Of a DNA stretch of 50,803 nucleotides, positions 41,465 through 50,803 are shown one piece after another (positions within the stretch are counted from its first letter, which is position 1; the number at the start of each line of letters is the position of its first letter). The notes beneath the pieces were generated by a model. It was not told the origin of the DNA, did not search any database, and worked only from the letters and a program-made list of their open reading frames with translations. The DNA lies in NCBI GenBank assembly GCA_011364975.1, contig RDOE01000017.1, positions 1 through 50,803 on the forward strand, in the 5' to 3' direction. The translations under genes and the position numbers were made by a program. Source of the stretch: Promethearchaeota archaeon (GTDB lineage Archaea; Asgardarchaeota; Lokiarchaeia; Sigyniarchaeales; SOKP01).

Positions 41465-42085
41465 TTATCCCTCTTTATTCTTCTCTGCTTCCTCTTTTTG
41501 CTGTAACTTCTTTCTTTCCACATTATCCATTAAATCTCTAAATCCTACCGACTTCATAAGTTCTTGGCATTCTTTAACTGCTTCTGGGTGCATATGAACT
41601 GTTGGTGGAAGAGGAGGTAAACCTATAGATTCTCGGAGGTCTCTCCATTGTTTATTATTATCCCCTGTTGCAGGGACTCCATGCCCGGTTTCGTAGAAAA
41701 TTTTATTTGCTAGAACAAAATGGGAATCTAAAATGTGACCTTCTTCAACAGCGATATTCCTTAATTTAATTATCATGTCTGTTACGGGTATATTTCGAGG
41801 ACAGCGTTCATAACAATAATAACAGGTTGAACATAACCAAATATCAATATCCTTTAAAACAGATTCATCTCCCGTCAGTGCTCGGCGAATTGCTGATCGC
41901 GTTCGATATGCGGTCCTGCGTCCACTTGGACATCCCCCTGTACAAGTTCCACAATTTATGCAAGCTCTAATTTTTTCCAAACCCGCGTCTACAAATTTCT
42001 GTGCTATCCTTGAGCTTGTACTTTTATATACCTTACGCTTAATATATTTTTCTACGTTATCACTCATTATTAAATCAAATCTCAT
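41465..42085 (-). CDS. hdrC: Heterodisulfide reductase subunit C (start may be 42067)
   Basis: CINCGTCTGGCPSGR, WLCSTCYYCYERCPR, TGHGVP. Confidence 0.93.
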   Translation of the reverse strand: MRFDLIMSDNVEKYIKRKVYKSTSSRIAQKFVDAGLEKIRACINCGTCTGGCPSGRRTAYRTRSAIRRALTGDESVLKDIDIWLCSTCYYCYERCPRNIPVTDMIIKLRNIAVEEGHILDSHFVLANKIFYETGHGVPATGDNNKQWRDLRESIGLPPLPPTVHMHPEAVKECQELMKSVGFRDLMDNVERKKLQQKEEAEKNKEG

Positions 42086-42144
42086 TTATCATTAAAAACT
42101 TAATTTGTAAATACACAAAAAAGTATTCCCATGACTTTTTTGGA

Positions 42145-42158
42145 TGTTTGATCAAACA
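42145..42158. promoter_or_regulatory. Perfect 14-bp palindrome upstream of hdrCBA
   Basis: TGTTTGATCAAACA. Confidence 0.3.
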
Positions 42159-42398
42159 CATTTAATTATAATATTATGAAAGGAAAAGTATTTTTTAATA
42201 AAAAATTTGTTATTGTTCCTTGATAACTTATTCTGCAAGAAAACTTAATTGAAAAACCCTTTAATTTTATAAGAGAAGAAATTTTGAAAGGATTGCGGTT
42301 TTAATGGCTTTTAATAATTTATATTTATCCAAAAGGCAATTTATAAAATATTTGCATTAGACTAATAATAATTTAAATATTTTCTGAATTGAAATAAT

Positions 42399-43391
42399 AT
42401 GATTAGGAATCAATGGTACGCAGTTTTAGAATCGAGGGAGCTTCCAAAAGATAAATTAGTGGGAGTAACTCGATTAGGAGAAAACCTTATTTTTTGGAGA
42501 AACAAGAAAAGTGAAGTTATCTGTTTGAAGGATAAATGCGCTCATAGAGGTGCCAAACTTAGTATAGGAAAAATATGTGATGATGGTGAATTAATAGAAT
42601 GCCCATTTCATGGATTACGCTATGATAGAACGGGTAAATGCACAATAATCCCCGCTAACGGAAAGAATTCCATAGTACCAGAAAGGTTTAAAGTAGATAA
42701 TTATCCTACTAGAGAAGAATATGATTTCATTTGGATTTGGTGGGGTGATGAACAATTCGATTATCCTGCTCTACCATTTTTTGAGGATATTGATCGGAAA
42801 TTTTCTTATAAAACTCATGCAGAAATTTGGCCAGTTCATTATTCTAGAGCCATTGAGAATCAATTAGATGTGATTCATTTACCATTTGTACATAGTAATA
42901 CAATTGGGAGAGGTTATCAAACTCTTGTTCACGGACCATTAATAGAACCCGACAAAGAAGGAAATGGGTTTACTTTCTGGGTATACAATCAAAAGGATGA
43001 CGGTAATACTAGGCCATTAAAACCTGAAGAATTTACAGACGATATGAAAGTTTTTCACTTAAATTTCAAATTTCCTCATATCTGGCAAAACTATTTAGGA
43101 GAAAAAGTTCGTATATTCATAGCTTTTGTACCTATTGACGAGAATAACACCCAATTTTATATGAGATTCTATCAAAAGTTTATTAGGATTCCAATTCTAA
43201 AATCATTTGTAAACTGGTTAGCTAATAAATTCAATATTATTATCCTTCATCAAGATCGACGGGTTGTTGTAACACAACTACCAACTAAAACTCAATTAAA
43301 AATGAATGAGCAATTAATTCAAGGTGATAATCCTATAGTCTATTATCGTCGTCGTCGTGAGGAATTAAAAAGTTTAAAGCAATTAAAATAA
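42399..43391 (+). CDS. Rieske non-heme iron oxygenase alpha subunit (VanA/demethylase-like)
   Basis: CAHR...CPFHG Rieske motif; ENQLDVIHLPFVH and QD mononuclear Fe ligands. Confidence 0.9.
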   Translation: MIRNQWYAVLESRELPKDKLVGVTRLGENLIFWRNKKSEVICLKDKCAHRGAKLSIGKICDDGELIECPFHGLRYDRTGKCTIIPANGKNSIVPERFKVDNYPTREEYDFIWIWWGDEQFDYPALPFFEDIDRKFSYKTHAEIWPVHYSRAIENQLDVIHLPFVHSNTIGRGYQTLVHGPLIEPDKEGNGFTFWVYNQKDDGNTRPLKPEEFTDDMKVFHLNFKFPHIWQNYLGEKVRIFIAFVPIDENNTQFYMRFYQKFIRIPILKSFVNWLANKFNIIILHQDRRVVVTQLPTKTQLKMNEQLIQGDNPIVYYRRRREELKSLKQLK

Positions 43392-43493
43392 AGTCACTGT
43401 GTTTCTTCATTTTTCCCATAATAATTTGATTTAAAATTAAAACCTTAATTGATTAAATAAAAAGAGCTACTAATTGATATTATAATTAGAAAT

Positions 43494-43715
43494 TCATTCG
43501 TCTTCTTCTAACTCATCCAAATATTCTCTCTGTTTTTCTTCAGGAAGGAACGCTAACTCTTTTTTAACATCTTTTATTTCTTGCTTTGTCAACTTTAAAG
43601 AAAGTAATCGCTTTCGAATATCTTTTGGTAATATGGTAAAAATTCTTAAGAAATATTTTTTAACTATTTCTAATTTCTCGAATCCGTTATATTTTTCATT
43701 ATCACTAGTTGTCAT
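43494..43715 (-). CDS. Small hypothetical protein
   Basis: 73-aa charged helical ORF downstream of the kinase on the same strand. Confidence 0.55.
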   Translation of the reverse strand: MTTSDNEKYNGFEKLEIVKKYFLRIFTILPKDIRKRLLSLKLTKQEIKDVKKELAFLPEEKQREYLDELEEDE

Positions 43716-43828
43716 GATTTCTTCTTAACTGTTAAAAATCATTAATTCAATATTAAACATGAATTTGTTACTTTATATTAAATAAGGATCTCTCAATTAA
43801 TAAAATAAAAGTAGTCCAATTATTCGAA

Positions 43829-46723
43829 TTATTTTTCTATAATTGGAAGAGAGAAATAAAAAGTGCTACCTTTATTTCTTCCCTCTGATTCTGCCCAAAT
43901 CTTTCCTTTATGCAATTCCATTATTTCTTTTGAGATGTATAATCCTAAACCAGTACCTTCAATGCCTACGTCAAATCCTTGACCATAACGTTCAATCTTT
44001 CCAAATTGAGTGAATAATTGTTTTCTCTCTTGTTTTGTTAACCCTATTCCCGTATCACTAATTGAGATAGTATAAGAATTTCGTTCTTTTTGGTAATCAA
44101 TGGTTATAGTACCACCAATAGGTGTATATTTTATTGCATTCAATAATAAATTTGATACAACCTCATAAATTCGTTCTTTATCAAAAACCGTATATAAATC
44201 AGCGTCAACATTAACTATAATAGTTTGTTCTCGAAATTCAGCCATTCCTTTTAACTCTTTAACACAATAATTAATCAGAAACGTTAAATTTTCTTTTGAA
44301 TTCTTTAATTTAAGTAACCCTTGTTCTAATTGAGAGCTTTCTACTATTGTATTAACATAATTCTCTAATCTTTTGCTTCCATTTTTAATTTCTTCAAGAA
44401 TTGAAATTACATCGCTATCAAATTTACTTGAATGCAATTTTAATAAAAGCTCGGTAAACCCTTTAATGGAAATAAGAGGGGTCTTTAATTCATGAGATGT
44501 TCTTGAGAATAAATCTGATTTTAGTTTATTAATTTCAGATAGCATTTTATTCTGTTCTTCTAAATGTTGCTGTGCTTCCCATCTTCTTTCTTCAATTTCT
44601 ATGGCATCACATATTAAGAATAGCACTAATTTATTTTGATTGGTAATAATGGGATTTTCTTTGAAAAATACGCATACAAGATCATTCAATTCATTTCCCG
44701 ATAAGATCAATTTTCCATAACATGCTTTTATGTCATTATTTGTGAGATAACCATCAGTTTTCATATATTTTGTTTTATCAATATCGAAGAATTCTTGAGT
44801 AAAATCATGATTTTCTCGAAATAACTCACTAATAAACAGTTTGCCTTCAACTTCTTCAGAAGAGAATCCTTTTATGTCCCCTTTTTCTGTCATTACTCGA
44901 TAATATTCTTTTCCATCATGAACATGCTTATTAACGTACAAAATGACTTCTCCATTCAATAATTTTAAACAAGTTTTAAGTAACATTTCAATATTTTGTT
45001 GAATATCCGTAGTAAAATTCAGAAAGTTAATGTTTAACTCATAAATCAGTTCTTCATAGAGCTTTTTTTCAGTGGTATCTTCTAACCACAATCTAAACCT
45101 TATTATTTCACCTTTGTCATCATATTGATTTAATCGTCTTCCATGTAACCATTTAATTTTTCCCTCTTTTGTGACTATCCGAAATTCTAAATCTCTATCT
45201 TCTTCTGAATGAAAAACCTTTTGCAAATCATCGGGATGGATTATTTCTTCCATTAACTTTTCGTTTACTTTCTTAATCTCGTTATAACCCATAATATCCA
45301 ATAATTTTGGATTGATATATGATACATTATTATTTTCTAAATCTAATTCTAAAATCCCAACTGTTGAAGTTTCTAATAAATCCCTATATTTTTCTTGAGA
45401 TTCTTTTATCTTTAATTCAGATAATTCTCTTTCAGTTATATCCTCAACAGTAAATATTATATTTTCTACATCTCCTTCAGATGAGATTAAAGGAGTACCA
45501 TTTATAGATATTAAAATTTCTTTTTTACTTGGAAGGATCATCTTTGCTCTATAGTCAAATAATGGTTGTTTTGTCGCCATTATAACTTGGAATGGTAATT
45601 TATCCTCTGAGATATATTTACCATCAATATCTAAAATTGTGAATTGGTCTGTTTTAAGAGTTAACTGAAAAAGTTTTTCCTTAGGAAATTGTAGTACTTT
45701 TTCTGCTTGAGAATTAGCATAAATTATATATCCCTCCCTGTCAACTGAAAGAATGCCTGCAGGATTTGTCTCCATAATTCGTTCTAACCGATCATGCTGG
45801 CGTATCAGATCCTCTGTTGCCTTCTTCCTTTCAGTAATATCTTCAAATGTTATTAAGACTCCCACAACATTTCCATCTGAATCATTTAAAGGAATTCTGT
45901 TAACATCAATCCAAATTTTTTCTCCATTTCTAAGAATCCAGGATTCTATGCTATGGAATTCTGGTTTATTTGATTTTATGACACTTTTTTCTTTTTTTTG
46001 ATTAGAATATATTCGTTCTTTATCCCAGAGTAATTCATTATCAGTTTTATTAATAATATTTTCAGAATGTTCAATATTAATTAATTTAGCATAATTTTCA
46101 TTACATCCTAAGTAACTTAAGTCAAGATCCTTCCATATAATATATTGAGGGATGCTTTCCATTACGATCTGCAGCATTTCATACGAACTTTGTAGTGCTT
46201 CCTCATACTTTTTTGGATTAAATAATTTCCAAAAACGAATTTCTGGGATTGTTTCAGTTATTTTTTTAAATCTTTCCTCATTCTCTTTTAAATCTTCTTC
46301 TAATTTTTTAATCTTTGAAATATCTTTTAATATAACCAAACTTTTCTTAGTTTTTTCTCCTATTGTGAACGTTTTAACTTTTATTTCTGCCCAAATACTC
46401 TCTCCTTTTACGGAAAGTAGTTTTATTTCTTGAGGTTTTTCTCCAGATTCACTTCCCTTTCTAATAATTTTTGCGGCTTTTTTTATATCATCAGAATGGA
46501 TTATCTGAGCAAATACTCTGCCCAGAATACCCTTTTGTGAATATCCTAACTTTTCTAAAAGTAAACACTTATTAACATACTCCATTTTAAAATCTTCAAC
46601 ATGATCTACGACGATTATAAGGTCATTAATTGTCTCCATGAAAAGTTGGAGTTGCGAGGCGAGCTCGTCATGTTTATCATCATTTGTTATCATTACGTAT
46701 TCCTCTTGATTCTTAGTACCCAT
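43829..46723 (-). CDS. Cytoplasmic multi-PAS sensor histidine kinase
   Basis: Four PAS/PAC units ending DISK/DITE/DTTE; SHELKTPL H-box; NAIKY, DTGIG, GTGLGL; no TM. Confidence 0.93.
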   Translation of the reverse strand: MGTKNQEEYVMITNDDKHDELASQLQLFMETINDLIIVVDHVEDFKMEYVNKCLLLEKLGYSQKGILGRVFAQIIHSDDIKKAAKIIRKGSESGEKPQEIKLLSVKGESIWAEIKVKTFTIGEKTKKSLVILKDISKIKKLEEDLKENEERFKKITETIPEIRFWKLFNPKKYEEALQSSYEMLQIVMESIPQYIIWKDLDLSYLGCNENYAKLINIEHSENIINKTDNELLWDKERIYSNQKKEKSVIKSNKPEFHSIESWILRNGEKIWIDVNRIPLNDSDGNVVGVLITFEDITERKKATEDLIRQHDRLERIMETNPAGILSVDREGYIIYANSQAEKVLQFPKEKLFQLTLKTDQFTILDIDGKYISEDKLPFQVIMATKQPLFDYRAKMILPSKKEILISINGTPLISSEGDVENIIFTVEDITERELSELKIKESQEKYRDLLETSTVGILELDLENNNVSYINPKLLDIMGYNEIKKVNEKLMEEIIHPDDLQKVFHSEEDRDLEFRIVTKEGKIKWLHGRRLNQYDDKGEIIRFRLWLEDTTEKKLYEELIYELNINFLNFTTDIQQNIEMLLKTCLKLLNGEVILYVNKHVHDGKEYYRVMTEKGDIKGFSSEEVEGKLFISELFRENHDFTQEFFDIDKTKYMKTDGYLTNNDIKACYGKLILSGNELNDLVCVFFKENPIITNQNKLVLFLICDAIEIEERRWEAQQHLEEQNKMLSEINKLKSDLFSRTSHELKTPLISIKGFTELLLKLHSSKFDSDVISILEEIKNGSKRLENYVNTIVESSQLEQGLLKLKNSKENLTFLINYCVKELKGMAEFREQTIIVNVDADLYTVFDKERIYEVVSNLLLNAIKYTPIGGTITIDYQKERNSYTISISDTGIGLTKQERKQLFTQFGKIERYGQGFDVGIEGTGLGLYISKEIMELHKGKIWAESEGRNKGSTFYFSLPIIEK

Positions 46724-46935
46724 TATTTATTCATAATGTAGCAGATAAACCTCTATAAAGAAAGTGAAGATTCTTTTATTTATATATTAGCATAATATTT
46801 AGATTGAATTAAAAAAACTAAATTTAAATACCTTACTTTAATGACTTGAATTTAGCAAATTTTAATCCCAGTTGCAATAAAATTAAATATAGGAGATAAT
46901 ACAATCGATTGGGTAATATAAGGTTCTACTTAAGG

Positions 46936-48810
46936 TTATATCCCATCCAATTCTTGAAAAGCCCAACCTATTCCAAGTTCTTCTAGCTTAAGTTTAGTGG
47001 GGATCCCTTTATTTGTCCATCCCATCATTTCATAATAGGTAGATAAAGCATGATTTAACTTATCTTTGTCAATTGGCTTATTAGATAATACACCGGAAGA
47101 ATGTGGTTGAAAATATCTTTCTGGTAAGTGATCATCCTTTGTAGTAAATCCCTCCCTTAAATTAAAAACGCGTGCTAAATTCATGATTCTTTCTCCTACT
47201 TTCATCAATTCCCAGGTACTCATATTCCATCCAGTCGATGCATTTACAATTTCCGTATATTCAGATAAATTCCAAGGAGTAAAGTAACAAATAAGTAATG
47301 CATTACCCGTTGCTTTCCAATTCATCAGATATATAATTGCTCTTACTTTTGCTGGCCCTAAATCATCGACAGATAACGGTTCAAATATTCCAAACGGATA
47401 AAATTGAGTAACATTTCTCTCATTATCCATTGATGTATCATGTAAATTATGCATATGTTCTGCTCCCGTTGGTGATATCATATAACCTAATCCCAATCCC
47501 TGTTTAAGTCGAGGTTCATGCATGGGTATTTCTTGGCCTTTAACATGAAGAGCAAAAAGTTCAGAATTTTTTCCTATAACTTTCGCAGCTTGCTTCACAC
47601 CTTTAGCAAGAAGGTTACCTAAGCCTTTTCTCTTTGCTATGTTTTCCACCATTAAAAGCATTGCTTTGCTATTACCAAATCTTAAATCTAAACCATCTGA
47701 ATCTTTCTTAGTTAATATAGCATTTTCAAAGCATTCCATTGCAAAACTTATACTCATTCCTGTTGATATTGTATCGATTCCATACATATTGCAAAGTTCA
47801 TTCGCTTTACATATTGCTTTAAAGTCGTATATTCCACAATTTGAGCCAAAAGCAGCAATAGTTTCATATTCTGGTCCTCCATATTTTGGATCGACAAGCC
47901 ATGGATCATCAAAAGCTACTACTTTTTTACACATAATTGGGCATGCATAACAACTTTCCATGTTAAGGTTAACAATTTCTTTTACTATTTGAGGATCGAT
48001 ATTTTTAGCAGATGGTGAACCAGCATCCCTAAAATTATTAGTAGGAAGATTTCCTGTTGATGCAAATAGTTCCATCATTCCTCCTCCAGTTCCATGAGTA
48101 AAATATCCTTTATATGGCTTCAAATAATACTTATTGAATCGTTCTCTTAATTCTTTAATTTTATCTTTATTAGCAATATGATTTTCTTGTCGCCCTTTAA
48201 CAACAATCGCTTTAAGATTCTTCGAACCCATTACTGCCCCCATACCAGATCTACCAGCAGCGTTACGAAGATCATTTATTATACAAGCATAATTTACTAA
48301 ATTTTCTCCTCCTGGCCCTATCTGAGCGATATGAATATATTTGTCCCTTAATTCTGATTGGATAATTTCTTGGGAATTGCCTGTAGTTTCTCCCCATATC
48401 GATGAAGCATCCTTAAATTCTACGTTAAGATCATGAATCCAAAGATAAATTGGCTCTTTTGATTTTCCTTCAATAATTAATGCATCGTAACCGGCTCGTT
48501 TTAATTCGGGACCCCAATAACCTCCTACTTCAGCTTCTCCGAATCCGTTCGTTAATGGTGATTTAGCCCCTACAGAATTTCTTCCTGTCCCTGATAAAGG
48601 TATACCCGTTGCTGGACCAACAGCAAAAATCAATTTATTCTCAGGTCCAAGAGGGTCTATTCCCTTCCTTAATTCTTTTAGAAGGTAATAAGCGGTGATA
48701 CCTTCTCCACCTAGATATAATCGATAAAATAATTCTTCAGGTTCCTCAACTGAGGTTGTTTGATTAGACAGATTTACTCTTAATATTCGATATTGATATC
48801 CAAACTTCAT
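46936..48810 (-). CDS. aor: Aldehyde:ferredoxin oxidoreductase (tungsten AOR family)
   Basis: KSPLT, AGRSGMGAVMGSKNLKA, CYACPIMC, GPEYET, GIDTIS. Confidence 0.93.
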   Translation of the reverse strand: MKFGYQYRILRVNLSNQTTSVEEPEELFYRLYLGGEGITAYYLLKELRKGIDPLGPENKLIFAVGPATGIPLSGTGRNSVGAKSPLTNGFGEAEVGGYWGPELKRAGYDALIIEGKSKEPIYLWIHDLNVEFKDASSIWGETTGNSQEIIQSELRDKYIHIAQIGPGGENLVNYACIINDLRNAAGRSGMGAVMGSKNLKAIVVKGRQENHIANKDKIKELRERFNKYYLKPYKGYFTHGTGGGMMELFASTGNLPTNNFRDAGSPSAKNIDPQIVKEIVNLNMESCYACPIMCKKVVAFDDPWLVDPKYGGPEYETIAAFGSNCGIYDFKAICKANELCNMYGIDTISTGMSISFAMECFENAILTKKDSDGLDLRFGNSKAMLLMVENIAKRKGLGNLLAKGVKQAAKVIGKNSELFALHVKGQEIPMHEPRLKQGLGLGYMISPTGAEHMHNLHDTSMDNERNVTQFYPFGIFEPLSVDDLGPAKVRAIIYLMNWKATGNALLICYFTPWNLSEYTEIVNASTGWNMSTWELMKVGERIMNLARVFNLREGFTTKDDHLPERYFQPHSSGVLSNKPIDKDKLNHALSTYYEMMGWTNKGIPTKLKLEELGIGWAFQELDGI

Positions 48811-48878
48811 AGTTATTCCCTAATTCTTATTAAATGCGCATTGAAAAATATTTCATGAAAATAACCTAATTTTTGGAA

Positions 48879-50054
48879 TTATTGTATATTTAAAGCTTTA
48901 AGTAATTTTTCGACTTTTTTAATATCTTTTAGATTATTATAATAATTAAAGGCGAATCTCAATAATTTATCCTCCTTATCTTCAGGATACCTTTTAGGTG
49001 TAATATAAATCTTGTTTTTTATAAATATTTCATAGATTTTTGAACAATTTTGATGTTCAATCGTGATTATGCCAGATCTGTTTATTATGTTTAATGGAGT
49101 AATAATTTTTAAATCTAAGGGTTCTATACATTTTAGAAATTCACTTGTGAGCCATAGAATTCTAGATTGAATTCGAGTAACACCCTTTTTTATATCCCCT
49201 TCTCCAATAACGTTTTTAATTAAATCGAAACATCCTTTAAGAGAAATTAGTGCGCCAAAATTGGGGCACCCTCCAAAGCCATCCATAGAACGAGTCTTAT
49301 TTATAATGTTCATATTTTCATTATTTAATTGGAAAGCATTTTCAACGCTCAACCATCCTGATATTGGAATTACATTTTCATTAAAGAACTCATCCTTTAT
49401 ATAAAGAATACCTGCACCATAGCCACAACCTGGCCATTTTAAGCCATTACTCACCAACATATCTATTTTTTGTTTTTTAACATCGAGTTCAAAGCTACTA
49501 AATCCTTGCGTAGCATTTACTATGTGATATAGATTATTCTTTTGACAAAAATTACCCACTTCCTCCAAATTTTGTCTAAATCCTGTCAATGATTGGATAT
49601 ATGAATTGATAACATACTTTGTATTAGGCGAAAGGCTTTTTTCATAATTCTCGATTAAATAACTATTATTGTTATCAAATATCTTCTTACATATAAAGCC
49701 TTTTCTTTTAAAGCTGTGAATAGAAGCAGGAAATTCAATTGAGGGATAAATAATTCCACCAGCATTATCTAATGAATTTGCTATAATATTCATTCCAGAG
49801 GTTGTATTAATTAAGAATGCTATTTCATCTGGTTTAGCATTAATATAATTAGCAACAATGCTTCGCAACCTTTCAAGCTCTTCATTGAAATCATCATAAT
49901 GAATATCACCATATTTTAGCATATCATTATAAAACCACAACACCTTTTTGTAAGCTTCTTTATTTAAAGGAGATGCTGACGCAGCCATAATGTAAGTTAA
50001 ATGCCTTAGAGCTGGAAAATAATTTTTTCTAATTTTTTCCCAATCAACCGCCAT
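48879..50054 (-). CDS. Class V PLP-dependent enzyme
   Basis: NTTSG, EFPA, NATQ, SNGLKW PLP lysine, LRFAFNYYN. Confidence 0.85.
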   Translation of the reverse strand: MAVDWEKIRKNYFPALRHLTYIMAASASPLNKEAYKKVLWFYNDMLKYGDIHYDDFNEELERLRSIVANYINAKPDEIAFLINTTSGMNIIANSLDNAGGIIYPSIEFPASIHSFKRKGFICKKIFDNNNSYLIENYEKSLSPNTKYVINSYIQSLTGFRQNLEEVGNFCQKNNLYHIVNATQGFSSFELDVKKQKIDMLVSNGLKWPGCGYGAGILYIKDEFFNENVIPISGWLSVENAFQLNNENMNIINKTRSMDGFGGCPNFGALISLKGCFDLIKNVIGEGDIKKGVTRIQSRILWLTSEFLKCIEPLDLKIITPLNIINRSGIITIEHQNCSKIYEIFIKNKIYITPKRYPEDKEDKLLRFAFNYYNNLKDIKKVEKLLKALNIQ

Positions 50055-50222
50055 AATTTTCCTTAATTAAAGAGTTCCTTTAATAATTAAGTGCTTCAAT
50101 TAAGTTTTTGATATAAAAAGAAGGCTATTGAAAGATTTATGAATTATAACCAATAATTATTTGATTTCTCAAAGTTATTATTAGAATTAAGATATTAATG
50201 ATTTCCAAAGAAGTGAGGATTC

Positions 50223-50803
50223 ATGGAAATGAATGATTTTTTAAGATGCCTTTCATGTGGAAAGAAACTTGGAACTAAGGTGACACATCAACCTACTCAA
50301 TGCACAGAATGTATTTTAAAACTTGATTTTAAAACATCTGATTTAAATCAATTAGAAATTAATCTTGATCTCCAAAAAATTCTTGATTTTTTTATCTCAG
50401 ATGTAAATGCTGCTTTCAATAAGGATCCTGCGGCTCATACCCTCATTGAGGTATTAACTAGTTATCCTGGAATTAAAGCTGTTTTACTTTACCGAATTGC
50501 TCATTTTTTTTGGAAATTGGGAATGCCATTTATACCTAAATATATCTCAGATATCGCTAGACAACTGACTGCTATAGAAATTCACCCGGGAGCAGAAATC
50601 GGTAGTGATTTTTTTATAGATCATGGTGCAGGAGTAGTCATTGGAGAAACAGCAGAGATCGGTAATAATGTGACGATATACGCCGGGGTTGTACTAGGAG
50701 GTACAAGTTTAGATAAGACAAAACGACATCCCACTTTGGGAGATAATGTAGTAATAGGAACCGGAGCAAAGCTTTTAGGTCCGATTAATATTGGTAATAA
50801 TGT
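50223..50803 (+). CDS. cysE: Serine O-acetyltransferase with N-terminal Cys4 extension (runs off the right edge)
   Basis: [40 protein letters not shown]. Confidence 0.92.
   Translation, partial: MEMNDFLRCLSCGKKLGTKVTHQPTQCTECILKLDFKTSDLNQLEINLDLQKILDFFISDVNAAFNKDPAAHTLIEVLTSYPGIKAVLLYRIAHFFWKLGMPFIPKYISDIARQLTAIEIHPGAEIGSDFFIDHGAGVVIGETAEIGNNVTIYAGVVLGGTSLDKTKRHPTLGDNVVIGTGAKLLGPINIGNN

Noticed and set aside
43347-43358. (CGT)4 microsatellite
   Set aside because: Simply encodes an Arg run in the Rieske protein C-terminus

Overview
AT-rich archaeal chromosomal window, most consistent with an Asgard archaeon of the Lokiarchaeia type. This is inferred from a longin-like domain, many small zinc-ribbon membrane proteins, a multi-PAS kinase and methanogen-like Hdr/Mvh/Fwd genes without mcr in the window. 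It holds about 40 CDS: two hdr loci (an extended mvhG-like gene with hdrC-hdrB; hdrC-hdrB-hdrA), an mvhD-ferredoxin-fwdF/D/B/C-fdhD cluster lacking fwdA, a 2-oxoacid:ferredoxin oxidoreductase, AOR, UDP-glucose dehydrogenase, tRNA methylthiotransferase, RNase J-like nuclease, redox proteins, a Rieske oxygenase and a partial cysE. No rRNA, tRNA, CRISPR array or transposase was recognised. Highlights: (1) a membrane-protein gene (6215->5406) interrupted near its 5' end by a 36-nt in-frame, hairpin-forming, stop-containing segment flanked by AGT repeats, which is either an intron candidate or a mini-insertion; (2) a DapA-type aldolase fused to formaldehyde-activating enzyme (Fae), in an apparent operon with an uncharacterised 427-aa protein behind a double hairpin; (3) an MvhG with a duplicated Fe-S domain next to hdrCB without mvhA. 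All calls come from manual motif reading; no searches were run.
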